Shown here in pieces: positions 8,775 to 20,800 of a DNA stretch of 64,000 nucleotides. The first letter of the stretch is position 1. Each line of letters starts with the position of its first letter. The stretch is taken from positions 1 to 64,000 of the forward strand of contig NIVC01000933.1 in assembly GCA_002269645.1 (NCBI GenBank), written 5' to 3'. The DNA comes from Macrostomum lignano (lineage: Eukaryota). The notes below the pieces were generated by a model. The model worked only from the letters and a program-made list of their open reading frames with translations. It did no database searches and was not told the DNA's origin. Made by a program: the position numbers and the translations under genes.

Positions 8775-11700
8775 GATGAAGCTGAATTTGAAGCAGAGTT
8801 GAGCCACATTCCGCAGGAGAGAAGCTGATGGGGGAGCACCTGTTGATGAGGTGCATGGTTTGTAGGGGAAGAAATTAAATATTAGATAGGTAGGAAAGGA
8901 TCTCGCTGAGCCCCATGGGTCCATGATCTATAGCTAGATCATCAATTGATCTATAGCTAGATCATCAATTGATCTATAGCTAGATCATCAATTGATCTAT
9001 AGCTAGATCATCAATTGATCTATAGCTAGATCATCAATTGATCTATAGCTAGATCATCAATTGATCTATAGCTAGATCATCAATTGATCTATAGCTAGAT
9101 CATCAATTGATCTATAGCTAGTTTACGAGCTATCAAGCTGTCTACAAACAAGGTATGTATAGCTTTAAAGACCCAGTATCTCTGGCTTTAAGGAACCGAG
9201 ATACCGGATCATTGAAAGGATTCAATGATCCGGTATCTCGCACTTCGACGACCCCGGTATCTCACACTTTGAAGACCTGGTATTATCTACTTTAAAGAAC
9301 CGGTATCTCACACTTCAAAGACCCGGTATCTTCTAATTTAAAGACTCTCGCACTTCAGAGACCCGGTATCTCGCACTTCGAAGACCCGGGATCTCACACT
9401 TCAGTGACCCGGTATCTAACACTTCAGAGACCCGGTATCTAAAACTTCAAAGACCCGGTATCTAACACTTAAAAGAACCGTTATCTCACAATTCAAAGAC
9501 CCGGTATCTTGTACTTCAAAAGACCCGGGATCTCACACTTCAGTGACCCGGTATCTAACACTTCAGAGACCCGGTATCTAAAACTTCAAAGACCCGGTAT
9601 CTCACACTTTTAAGACCCGGTATGTCACACTTTAAAGACCTGGTATCTCACATTTAAAAGAACCGGTATCTTGTACTTTAAAGACCCGGTATCTCACACT
9701 TCAGAGACCCGGTATCTCACACTTCAGAGACCCAGTATCTCACACTTCAGAGACCCGAGAGATATGCCAAGCTACAACAGGCCTGACCTGGCTGACAGGT
9801 GTCCCCGATGCTGCTGCAGCTCCGCACCGGAGTTCGCACAGGGGTCAGTCAGCAGGCAGTCCACTGAGCGGCCAAAAGTTCCAGCCATTCGCGGCAGATT
9901 TCCGCCAATAACACCCGCGGGATGCACCGCGGCAGCGGCATCGCCGTGCTGACCCTCCGGGGTTGCGTCGTCAAAGGATCGGTACGGATGGAACGCTTCG
10001 GGTTCGTGATTGTACAGCAGGGCATAGCCGCGACCCTGCTCGGGATTGGGCTCGAGCACGGCGATGCACTGACTGCGGGGGACGTAGACAACGCAGCTGG
10101 GCGACCGGAGGCCGTCCTGCGAGTCAATGATGGTCCAGATCCTGCCGCTGGGCAGCACGATTCCGACGGTGTCGTGCAGCGTCACCAGGATGTTGCCGTC
10201 GTGATCGCAGCCGATGCCGATTGGAGGCGGATCCAAAGCTTCGGCGGTCAGCAGGCGAAAGTCTTTGTAGCTGTACACGTGCAGCGGCGCGCCCCCGAAG
10301 GTGAACACCTGCGACAGGGCGAGGTGGGTGGTGATTGAAGTTTCAAGGTACCCTGCAGTCATTGAAGCATTGTATTAAACCAGGGGGTCGGCAGACTTCG
10401 GCCCGTGGGCCACCCGCGGCCATCGAAGCCTCTCTATCCGGCCCTCGGGTCATCTGAAAGTTCACAATAGCAATCCGGCCCGCTCAATGTTTGCGTTTTT
10501 TCTCAGCTCTTTCCCTTTTCTCCTCTCTCCCCTCTCCTCTCTCTCCTCTCCTCTCTCTACTCTCCTCTCTCCCCTCTCCTCTCTCCCCTCTCATCTCTCC
10601 CCTCTCATCTCTCCCCTCTCCTCTCTCCCCTCTCCTCTCTCCCCTCTCCTCTCTCTCTCCTCTCCTCTCTCTCCTCTCCTCTCTCTCCTCTTCTCTCTCT
10701 CCTCTCCTCTCTCTCCTCTCCTCTCTCTCCTCTCCTCTCCTCTTTCTCCTCTCTCCCCTCTCCTCTCTCCTTTCTCCTCTCTCCCCTCTCCTCTCTCCCT
10801 TCTCCTCTCTCCCCTCTCCTCTCTCCCTTCTCCTCTCTCCCCTCTCCTCTCCTCTCTCTCCTCTCCTCTCTCTCCTCTCCTCTCTCTCCTCTCCTCTCTC
10901 CCCTCTTCTCTCTCCTCTCCTCTCTCTCCTCTCCTCTCTCTCCTCTCTCCCCTCTCCTCTCTCCTTTCTCCCCTCTTCTCTCTCCCTTCTCCTCTCTCCC
11001 CTCTCCTCTCTCCCCTCTCCTCTCTCCCCTCTCCTCTCTGCCCTCTCCTCTCTCCCCTCTCCTCTCTCCCCTCTCATCTTTCCCTTCTGGCTTTGAGTAA
11101 AGGATGCCTGAACTTTGCAAGCAGTCCACCTTGACGCTGTAGTTGCCCCTGTCAGTCACCAGAATCCGTCTGTCCAGCGTCACCGCCAGACCCTCCGGTC
11201 GGTTCAAGTCGCCCGGCCCGGAGCCCAGCTGGCCGATCCGGTTTCTGAGGGCACCGCTGGGCCACAGGATGAAGACGCAGTGCTGCCCAGCATCCGCAAT
11301 CAGGTAATAATCGTTTTGAGTAGCCGCAACGCCTCGAGGTTCGCGAAATAGGCTGACGGACTGGTTGATCAGCCTCAGGAACTCGCCGTTCTCGCTGCTG
11401 AACAGCTTGAGCTGAGCATGGATGGTGTCCACCACAGCCACGCTGCCGTCGCTGATCACGGCGACTCCCGAGGGTGCGTTCAAGTTCCAGTCGGAGTCGC
11501 CCGGTTCGCCGAAAGCGAGTCGAACGTCGCCGACCGGAGTGACGATAAGGACTCGGTGACTGCCGGCGTCTGAGATCACCAGGTCGCCTGGATGGAGTGG
11601 TTGAGGTTCTCAGCAGCGCTACTAGGGAGTTTCTGAGTTCTGAGTCTGAGCTTTATCAGTGAAAATGCGACATCGTCCCACACAACCAGCGCTGCCTCCT

Positions 11701-12857
11701 GAGCACAGACAAGTGAGCCAATACTGTACACAGACACGCACTCACACACACGCTCACAAAGGGTGTACAGCGGACCTTCGACTTTCTAATCGGTCAGGGA
11801 TGTACACTGTCTGTGCCTTGGGGGTTGGCCCTCATGGCTGAGAATCGTACTGACAACTCACCTGGCCAATTTTCGTGCGCCAGCACCAGAGGCGCCAGCA
11901 CCAGAGGCGCCAGCACCAGAGGCGCCAGCACCAGAGGCGCCAGCACCAGAGGCGCCAGCACCAGAGGCGCCAGCACCAGAGGCGCCAGCACCAGAGGCGC
12001 CAGCACCAGAGGCGCCAGCACCAGAGGCGCCAGCACCAGAGGCGCCAGCACCAGAGGCGCCAGCACCAGAGGCGCCAGCACCAGAGGCGCCAGCACCAGA
12101 GGCGCCAGCACCAGAGGCGCCAGCACCAGAGGCGCCAGCACCAGAGGCGCCAGCACCAGAGGCGCCAGCACCAGAGGCGCCAGCACCAGAGGCGCCAGCA
12201 CCAGAGGCGCCAGCACCAGAGGCGCCAGCACCAGAGGCGCCAGCACCAGAGGCGCCAGCACCAGAGGCGCCAGCACCAGAGGCGCCAGCACCAGAGGCGC
12301 CAGCACCAGAGGCGCCAGCACCAGAGGCGCCAGCACCAGAGGCGCCAGCACCAGAGGCGCCAGCACCAGAGGCGCCAGCACCAGAGGCGCCAGCACCAGA
12401 GGCGCCAGCACCAGAGGCGCCAGCACCAGAGGCGCCAGCACCAGAGGCGCCAGCACCAGAGGCGCCAGCACCAGAGGCGCCAGCACCAGAGGCGCCAGCA
12501 CCAGAGGCGCCAGCACCAGAGGCGCCAGCACCAGAGGCGCCAGCACCAGAGGCGCCAGCACCAGAGGCGCCAGCACCAGAGGCGCCAGCACCAGAGGCGC
12601 CAGCACCAGAGGCGCCAGCTGCAGCTACAGCTGCTGCAGACGTATCGGCGCCACATCAACTCACCAGTCTGTGTTGCTGCCAAACCAGCCGCGACCCGAA
12701 CTGCGTGCCTCCCGGTCGGCGCCAAGCGGCACCTCAGCTTGTCGCTCTGCACGCATGGCAACGGCTCGCCGACAAGAATATGCCCGAAGCCAGGCCGGGT
12801 TTTGCCGCTGAACGCCACGGTAAAATTGTTGATCAACCTGCGCATGGTCTCCATGCC
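8422..12857 (-). CDS. NHL-repeat (six-bladed beta-propeller) protein with a polyQ C-terminal tail; exons 12857-12665, 11587-11130, 10308-9788, 8839-8422
   Basis: All junctions GT-AG and phase-consistent. Splicing rebuilds GLAATQT-GDLVISDAGSHRV and GNYSVK-VFTFGG; PSGVAV, PRGVAA and PEGLAV blades. 529 codons if ATG 12854 is the start; the 5' end is uncertain. Confidence 0.8.
8926..9121. repeat. 23-bp perfect tandem repeat GATCTATAGCTAGATCATCAATT, ~8 copies
   Basis: CAATTG recurs every 23 bp; intronic. Confidence 0.95.
9168..9760. repeat. Degenerate 21-22-bp repeat (AGACCCGGTATCTCACACTTC)
   Basis: Direct inspection; same intron as the 23-bp array. Confidence 0.9.
10381..11085 (+). mobile_element. 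hAT/Charlie-like MITE end followed by an expanded CT-rich simple repeat (10495-11085)
   Basis: CAGGGGGTCGGCAGACTTCGGCCCGTGGGCC resembles hAT-type termini; diverged copies at ~25474 and ~49116. Confidence 0.55.
11878..12618. repeat. Perfect 15-bp array CCAGCACCAGAGGCG, ~49 copies, intronic
   Basis: No visible variant unit; lies in intron 12664-11588 of the NHL gene. Confidence 0.97.
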
Positions 12858-13290
12858 CTGGGTCAGTATGGTTTGTTGGTGTATCGCCAGTTTCACACTT
12901 CAGTGTACTCAATTTGACTTCATCCGGATTTTTTCTAGTAAGATCTGCATGCCCATTTATACACGCATATCTATCCCAATGTTTGAGCAGATTAAACTGA
13001 ACACGTAGTAGCATGCGTACACGCACCTGGGAAGAAATCTAAAACGTCTATAATTTAATATTTGAACAAGATAGTTGGAAAAAAATTAATCATCAATTCA
13101 AACAAACCAGATATAGCTCGCATTGGGGCAACTGGCAACTGCTCACAGGTAAGAAGAAATTCAGTCCAAATTCTTTACTCTTACATTTGTATTTACATGT
13201 AGATTCTGCTATTTACAGTCTACAGTGCATATACCGAGCGTATTGTAACAGATACACGGGATACACAGCGGACTTAACTTGTGGACTGCA

Positions 13291-13640
13291 TGGCGCCAAA
13301 CTGTCAGATATATATCTGTGCCATTTTCTACTGGAACTAGCGCCAAACTGTCAGATATATATCTGCGCCATTTTCTACTGGAACTAGCGCCAAACTGTCA
13401 GATATATATCTGCGCCATTTTCTACTGGAACTGGCGCCAAACTGTCAGATATATATCTGTGCCATTTTCTACTGGAACTAGCGCCAAACTGTCAGATATA
13501 TATCTGTGCCATTTTCTACTGGAACTAGCGCCAAACTGTCAGATTTATATCGGCGCCATTTTTTACTTGACTGGCGCCAAACTGTCAGATATATAACGGC
13601 GCCGAACTGTGATATATTGGGCGCCATTTTCTAACTAGAC
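13291..13640. repeat. 47-bp tandem repeat (GCGCCAAACTGTCAGATATATATCTGTGCCATTTTCTACTGGAACTA), ~7 copies
   Basis: Period measured from 13293 to 13340. Confidence 0.93.
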
Positions 13641-14605
13641 GTACCGGTACATCTAAAAGACATTTTTCTACATGTATCTGTGTACTGTTTTATATATTTC
13701 TTCAGGCAGTGCCAGCCTTCTATCAAAGTTTTTCCTGTACTTCGGGTACATGTACATACAGTAAGTTACCATTAACAATTGCTCGTACATACTAGGAAAA
13801 TTATATGAGAGCAGAAAATAGCACAGATCTAAAGAACTCACTGTTTTAATCCTGATAAGGGAATATAAAATTACGGAGCTAAAGGTTTTGTTTTCGACCT
13901 ATAAACGAAGAAACACAGACAGTCCTGAGCAGCACTAGGCACGCCTCTACCTCCCCGCTGTTTATCGGCTTCTCCACACAATCTTTTATCTCAAGCCTAA
14001 GCATCTGTCTCTCTCCCTCCCTCTCTCGCCTAATCTCTTTAAAGCGCATATGCAGTATTGGCTTGACTTGCTCCTACAGATAGCCCAGCCTCCGGCTCTC
14101 TCGTTATCATCATTCCCCTTTTTCTTGATTTCTCTTTCTCTTGCTTGCTTCGAATGGCCCCTGTCCCGCTTTCTATATTTGCTTCTATCCTCTTCTCTGT
14201 GGGCTGCAGGCTTTGAGTTGTCCCGGCTGCCTGCCCCACCCCTTATGTCCCCCTGCCTCACCACCGCCCCCTCTTCCCCTCACCCCACCCGGTTCCGCAT
14301 CCTCATTTGTGTATTCTGCCGACATCCGTGCTGCGCGCGCCTCTAAGACTTGTATATGGTTGAGAATCTTTAAGTCTCAGCCCGCTTTGAGTGTCCTGTC
14401 CTGCAACGTGTTTTGTTGTCTTGTTATACCGATGCAGCCAGGGCCGGGTTACAGGCAATCAACTGCTTGGGACAGCCGACTGTCCTCCCGGCGTTGTTGT
14501 GTTGCCTTTGAATTTTACTTGAACCATATAAATTTCCTAACCATTCCAGGTAGATAGACGAGTGTGAAGGTGTGAATGACCGTGATAAACACTGAGGCCG
14601 ACACC

Positions 14606-14714
14606 AAGACAGACAGACAGACAGAAACAGAAAGAGACACACACAGACACTAAGACAGACAGACAGACGGACAGACAGACAGACAGACAGCCGCAAAGAC
14701 AATCGCTAGGCAAT

Positions 14715-14755
<41 letters not shown>

Positions 14756-14756
14756 A

Positions 14757-14787
<31 letters not shown>

Positions 14788-14788
14788 A

Positions 14789-14833
<45 letters not shown>

Positions 14834-14857
14834 GCCGCAAAACAATCGCTAGGCAAT

Positions 14858-14902
<45 letters not shown>

Positions 14903-14937
14903 AAGACAGACAGCCGCAAAGACAATCGCTAGGCAAT

Positions 14938-14982
<45 letters not shown>

Positions 14983-15017
14983 AAGACAGACAGCCGCAAA
15001 GACAATCGCTAGGCAAT

Positions 15018-15072
<55 letters not shown>

Positions 15073-15185
15073 TACAGGCAGACAGACAGCCGCAAAGATA
15101 ATCACTAGCCAATACAGACAGACAGACAGACAGACAGACAGTCAGACAGAAAGACAGACAGCCGCAAAGACAATCGCTAGGCAAT

Positions 15186-15230
<45 letters not shown>

Positions 15231-15265
15231 AAGACAGACAGCCGCAAAGACAATCGCTAGGCAAT

Positions 15266-15312
<47 letters not shown>

Positions 15313-15315
15313 GCC
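14606..15315. repeat. (GACA)n microsatellite punctuated by GCCGCAAAGACAATCGCTAGGCAATA
   Basis: Direct inspection. Confidence 0.95.
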
Positions 15316-15794
15316 GCAAAACAATCGCTAGCTAAGACAGAAAGTCAGGCAGGACATAAGAAAATCATTATCAATAAGATTGACGAGACTACAATTACGG
15401 GCAATAATTAACTCAAAGCAGAAAGTAAGACACGAGCTGTTCGTAAGAATATTTCTGACAGACAGTTTAATTAAACAACTGTTATGAGCCGAAACGTAGA
15501 CAGGCCGCAATCGCGAAAACTTTTTGTTTATATATTTATAGACTTCTTCAATCTGATCCCTAATGCATGATTTATCAAGCCGGGGGTTTTGCGGGGGAGG
15601 TGGCACACGGAAGCCGCCAAAGCAGCAAGGAACAGGATTTAAAGAAATGCTCCGACAATGACTGCTGCTAGAAAATCTAGCATAACAGAGCAAAGGAAGA
15701 AGCCGGCAAAACCAAGAGCTTACAATATGCATTTTAAAATGCTTAACGACTTAAATTTGTTGCTAGATTTAACGATAATATTTAGTAGCTTAGT

Positions 15795-16290
15795 TTGGGC
15801 CATAAACTATTATGCTGTAGCTAAGATTGGGCCATAGATTATTATGCTGTAGCTAAGGTTGGGCCATAGATTATGCTGCAGCTAAGGTTGGGGCATAGAT
15901 TATGCTGCAGCTAAGGTTGGGGCATAGATTATGCTGTAGCTAAGATTGGGCCATAGATTATTATGCTGTAGCTAAGGTTGGGCCATAGATTATGCTGCAG
16001 CTAAGGTTGGGGCATAGATTTTGCTGCAGCTAAGGTTGGGCCATAGATTATGCTGTAGCTAAGGTTGGGCCATAGACTATTATGCTGCAGCTAAGGTTGG
16101 GCCATAGATTATTATGCTGCAGCTAAGGTTGGGCCATAGATTATGCTGTAGCTAAGGTTGGGCCATAGACTATTATGCTGCAGCTAAGGTTGGGCCATAG
16201 ATTATGCTGTAGCTAAGGTTGGGCCATAGACTATTATGCTGCAGCTAAGGTTGGGCCATAGATTATGCTGTAGCTAAGGTTGGGCCATGA
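15795..16290. repeat. 29/32-bp minisatellite (GCTAAGGTTGGGCCATAGATTATGCTGCA)
   Basis: Direct inspection; immediately 3' of PINX1. Confidence 0.93.
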
Positions 16291-16356
16291 CTTTCAGTAT
16301 TGAGTAGTGGCTAGGCTTGACCATAGATTGATGAAATTTAGCCATAAGTTCAAAAA

Positions 16357-17466
16357 TCAATAGTACAAATATCCAAGAACGCGTTGCATTTGACTGCCAG
16401 GATATTTGCTAAAATCAATCACAAGCATATCGTTTTCATTGCTGTCACTGTTGCTCCCATCGGCATTGACAGACTTAACATCGCTTAGAACATCCACTTG
16501 AGGCGATAGACTGAAACAAACTCGCTTGGAAGGTTTGATTGACAGGTCATCGGTAACAGTTTCAGTCAGAGTTTCTTCGTTATTGCCGGACAAAGTGCTA
16601 GCCGCACTGCAACTTGATTCGCTAGTCCAAGAGGACTGGCTCTCCTCCAGAGCTTCAGGCTCTGGTTTAATCGCTACAGGAGATAAGTCCTGTTCTTGCT
16701 GCTGCTGTTCCAGCTTGATTTTTCGTTCCAACATTTTCGTTCGAAAATAATCCTGCAGAGAAGTTTGACTCTGCACCAGATGAAGGCCGTTACTAAGCGG
16801 ATTAGTAGCTGTTAGGCAAGCTTCGCTATTGGAGTGCGCCAAAGGCTTGTTGCTAGGCTGAAAGCCGAATCCAAAAGTGCTTGGAGCATCCTCTGCTTCA
16901 TCTACAGAATCCTCACTTTTTCTATTATTATTAGCAGGCTCGGCCGAATCCTCAATATCAGAATCGTTATTGGCTTTCGACCCGGCTCTCGTACCGAAAA
17001 TGCAAGCTAAAGCTTTGCTACCATAGGCAGACACATCTTTGCCCCTGGTGAATCGATGATAATGCAATCTAGCCCGTGAGGCTTTCGATTTCGCTTCTAA
17101 ACTGATAGCAGGAAGGCTGCTTGTTGCTGTTGCACTACTATTGTTGTCATGGCAACCGTTGCCAGTGCCGCTACAGTGCTCCTGATTCAACTGACTAAGC
17201 AAGCTAGCAAAATCGTCACTCTGTGGCATGGATTCGGCGGCGTAGGCGCCGGAGCAGCCAATCCCGCGTTGGTCGTTTTTCTGGCGAACTTTAATTGGTT
17301 CAACGGCGCCTTGACCGTCTTTGCCGAGACCCCGGCCCTCGCGCCAGCCCATACTGTGCATTAGTCGCTGACCAAATTGGCTACTATCGCCATTGTCGCG
17401 CCAATCGCGACCGTTAGGATTTACAGTGTAGCGAACTTTACGCCTGGGCTCCGCTAGCATAGCCAT
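16357..17466 (-). CDS. PINX1: G-patch protein PINX1 (PIN2/TERF1-interacting telomerase inhibitor; rRNA processing), intronless, 369 aa
   Basis: N-terminus MAMLAEPRRK...SQFGQRLMHSMGWREGRGLGKDGQGAVEPIKV matches the PINX1 N-terminus and G-patch as recalled; C-terminal PGSQMQRVLGY. Confidence 0.88.
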   Translation of the reverse strand: MAMLAEPRRKVRYTVNPNGRDWRDNGDSSQFGQRLMHSMGWREGRGLGKDGQGAVEPIKVRQKNDQRGIGCSGAYAAESMPQSDDFASLLSQLNQEHCSGTGNGCHDNNSSATATSSLPAISLEAKSKASRARLHYHRFTRGKDVSAYGSKALACIFGTRAGSKANNDSDIEDSAEPANNNRKSEDSVDEAEDAPSTFGFGFQPSNKPLAHSNSEACLTATNPLSNGLHLVQSQTSLQDYFRTKMLERKIKLEQQQQEQDLSPVAIKPEPEALEESQSSWTSESSCSAASTLSGNNEETLTETVTDDLSIKPSKRVCFSLSPQVDVLSDVKSVNADGSNSDSNENDMLVIDFSKYPGSQMQRVLGYLYY

Positions 17467-17803
17467 CCTTATACTATACTTTTTTCTTTAGTTGTTTGAT
17501 AATTTGTTGTTTTGTCAATAATTCAACTGGCCAACTTTACTGCGTTGACATAAAATGATAGGGAATGAATATTAATTTAGTTTTGGTTTGTTTTCTGCGT
17601 TGAAATCGATTCAAGCTACTTACAGTAGTACTATTTAAAGCAAAACAAAAAATGATTCGTAGCGGAATAATGTTTTACTAGACGAGTTTGCTGTCAATAG
17701 CAAGGACATACCATGTCAAAGATTAATTTAACGCCATAGATTTCCATCTACTTAGTAAGTAGTATGTTGTCTAGCTTATTTTTATTACTGGCAAACTAAT
17801 AAT

Positions 17804-20800
17804 CAAGGACTACTTAAGTATCGTTTATAGAAGGACGCTGCACTCGCGGTTCGTGTAATTTTTTTTGAAGGCCAATTTTCGCCGAAAAATACATTAACGA
17901 GATACAAAAAATTCACGATTTTCATCTTCAATGGCTTGCTCAGACTGACTACAACCCTGCTGAAAAGAAAAAACTGCTGAAACTTATCAAAAAGACCTAG
18001 TGTATTCGCTCCTCTATTGTATTTCGCCAAGTTAGTGTCCTTGACACGTTTACTTTTAAATACTTCGTATTTTTTCGAGGGTTTTCAATTCTGTAATGTT
18101 AAATGTTAAAGGTTGGATTAAAGTGTTAGTTTCTCTCAATAATCAGTAGTTTCTTTAGCATTCTATGATGACTGCTTTCTATGTCTTTATTTTTTTGGTA
18201 AATTTAAATTAGCTATAGACATTCTATATTAAATGTTAGTCTATACCCTGGCTATGCCTGATATATAATAATATCTAGGGCCTACTATGCTTTTTTAGCA
18301 TGTTCTACAAAAATGTTGTGTAGAAAGGACCTACTGATTAGTTTATGAGTAGATCGTTATAAAGTATTATTCTTAATTTGAAGGTAGATAGATATTAGAT
18401 ACTTGCATATTGTATAGAAGGTACTAATTTTACTATTCTGTCAAATATCTGTAGATTAGGCTTCTTAAACGGTTCTACTGGATACAAAAGTTCTATTTTC
18501 AGACTTGTCTTGAAACTTTATATTTTATTTAAATGATAGGCCTAACAACATATTGAATTTATTTCTGCTGTTTGGAGAGCAGTTTTTTAACCTAGTCTAG
18601 TTTAATGGAACCAAGATATATTCAATACTCAGGCCTTGCATTGAATTTAAAATATAAATATTTATATATAGAAAGTGATTCTAAAGGAAAATGCGTATAA
18701 TAGACTTTAGAAGACAAATTTTCAACTTTAGTAATACTATTGAAGTGATTTAGTATAGAATTGATTATATTGGCCTGTTGGGATAAAAGCAATACAGTAT
18801 TGTAGCAAATTTTTTACTAGATATAATGTATAGAAGCTGTATATATTTCTTTTTGTTAGCTTCAGAATTTCTGCAATGCCAATGAAATGCTGTCTTCCAA
18901 AGTGTACAAGTAACTACAAATCTGGTGAGAAGGTGACAGTGTATAGCTTTCCAAAGGATAAAGAAGACTACAGCATGTGGATCCGAGCTTTGCCACCAAA
19001 TGTTAAGGTATGGTGCTATTGCTGCTATTGCATATTCTTGTCTTGCTTAATTCACATGCTAATGGAACATTAGTACAATATGATATAATACTTACTGTTT
19101 TAGAGTCCATCTAAATACATGGGCATTTGCCAAAAACATTGGCCAACAAATGCACCAATGTTAAAGGTCAAGCGATTCATGCGCCCTATGGACCCACCAA
19201 GTGTATTCCCAAATCTTCCAACAGGCTCTCTTCGCCTGACTGAGCCAAGTAAGTATATCTCATAGCAAGGTTAAATATTACAGTTTGTACCAAATGATAG
19301 GCTTTCTATAATATTTTATAATACATGCAGCAATCAGTTTTTGAATAATTGTTGCTAGGGAATGAATTTAATGAATTGTGGGGATGCAGGTCACGGCTAT
19401 CTAATGGGTCACGAAATTGTCTTTAAGGTGTACTGCAATCAGACAGATTGGAGGCCGAGTTCGCTCTCTACCGCCAGGGCCACGGCGGGTGTTACTACAT
19501 AACAGTCGAGCAAGTTATGGCCAGTGCTCGGCTGCACCGAATGAAATTGTACGGAGCGCTTCAGAACAGCTTTGAGGCTCATGAGCCGGCGACATGCTGT
19601 TCCGATGGGATGAAGGACTCTGATCTAGAGGTGTTTGATCAGCTTCAAGACAAGATCAGCCACAATACAGATGAGGAGAATGCTTCTTTGTACTATATTT
19701 CCGGTTACGTTGCTGCTAAAGAGCATCTTCCAGAAGTTTTTGAAGCATTTGCAACTGAGTTTCCTGGCGGTAGCGAATTTACATCGCTGCTATCTCGTGG
19801 CAAGCTCCGGCACCCGCCAGAGTGGCTTTTAGTTTTCTCCAGCCTGTGCTATGCTTTTTTCTCCTCTGTCAAGATCCACTGCGTCAACTATTGTGTCCGA
19901 TCTTTTATTAACGTTTTTGAAGCTTTCATGGATGTAACTGTTTCAGATCCAGCTCAGGTTAGCCGCATTTCCAGGAGGTTAGCTAACACATTTTTTAAAG
20001 GACTCGTGCGTCGTGATTCGGACCATGTACGAGAGACGCCCAGCAGTGGACGGCGTCTGCGAAAGTTAGCATCAAGTTAGTTATGAGCTGTTTGTACGCT
20101 TTTTGAGAAATCCGTGACATTCTATCAACACACCGAGTTCGTATAAAACTTGAACACCCATTGTACACTTAGACACCTCTAATTTAAACAAACGAAGTGG
20201 ACACTGGAAAATATCGAAATATCCAACCAAAAATGCAATAAGCCAAAATCGGAGGCAACATAGCTCGTAGAACTGAAGCGAACATTGTTAATTGATTGAG
20301 CATGTAATTTGACCCATAGTCCATGGTTGTCCATGTTTTATACAGACCCAATTCACATTCACGTCATTGAATATGCTTATGCTTTCATAAGTTGGTTTAT
20401 GCATCTGTTGCTGCTTTCATACGTTGGTTTAAACATTTGTTGCTGCTTTCATAAGTTGGTTTCTGCATTTTACTGCTGTTGCCTACCCAATAGTTGCCAC
20501 AGTTTCTATACACTATACACTATACACAGTCTTATATTTGCAGCCTTACATACATATTTGCCTTACTGTAGCTATCAATTGAGATTAAAGTACAATGAGC
20601 TGCTGTGCAACAAGCAACCAGTTCAGTTCAACATTTTTTGTTTCCAGTCCAACAACGATACATCGATTGTTATCAGCACTGGCATTGTGCCAGTTTCTCT
20701 GCTTTTGCTCTTTGTTATTTTATTGTTGAAAAGATCAGGGATGGCTTTTGAAAAGTACAGACTGACGGGCTTCGTTCTTTGTTAATCTCATCTCATTTTA

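Noticed and set aside
10484-11134. ORFs rich in RGERGE or SPLSSL
   Set aside because: Translations of an intronic CT microsatellite; splicing around it rebuilds the NHL repeat.
11794-13008. Four long ORFs (LAPLV, RGAST, WRLWC, RRQHQ repeats)
   Set aside because: Stop-free 15-bp unit; the direct splice 12665 to 11587 gives a canonical NHL blade.
14424-15324. LSVC-repeat ORFs
   Set aside because: Translations of (TGTC)n.
15328-15732. 134-aa ORF downstream of PINX1
   Set aside because: No motifs, no supporting splice chain, composition like non-coding DNA.
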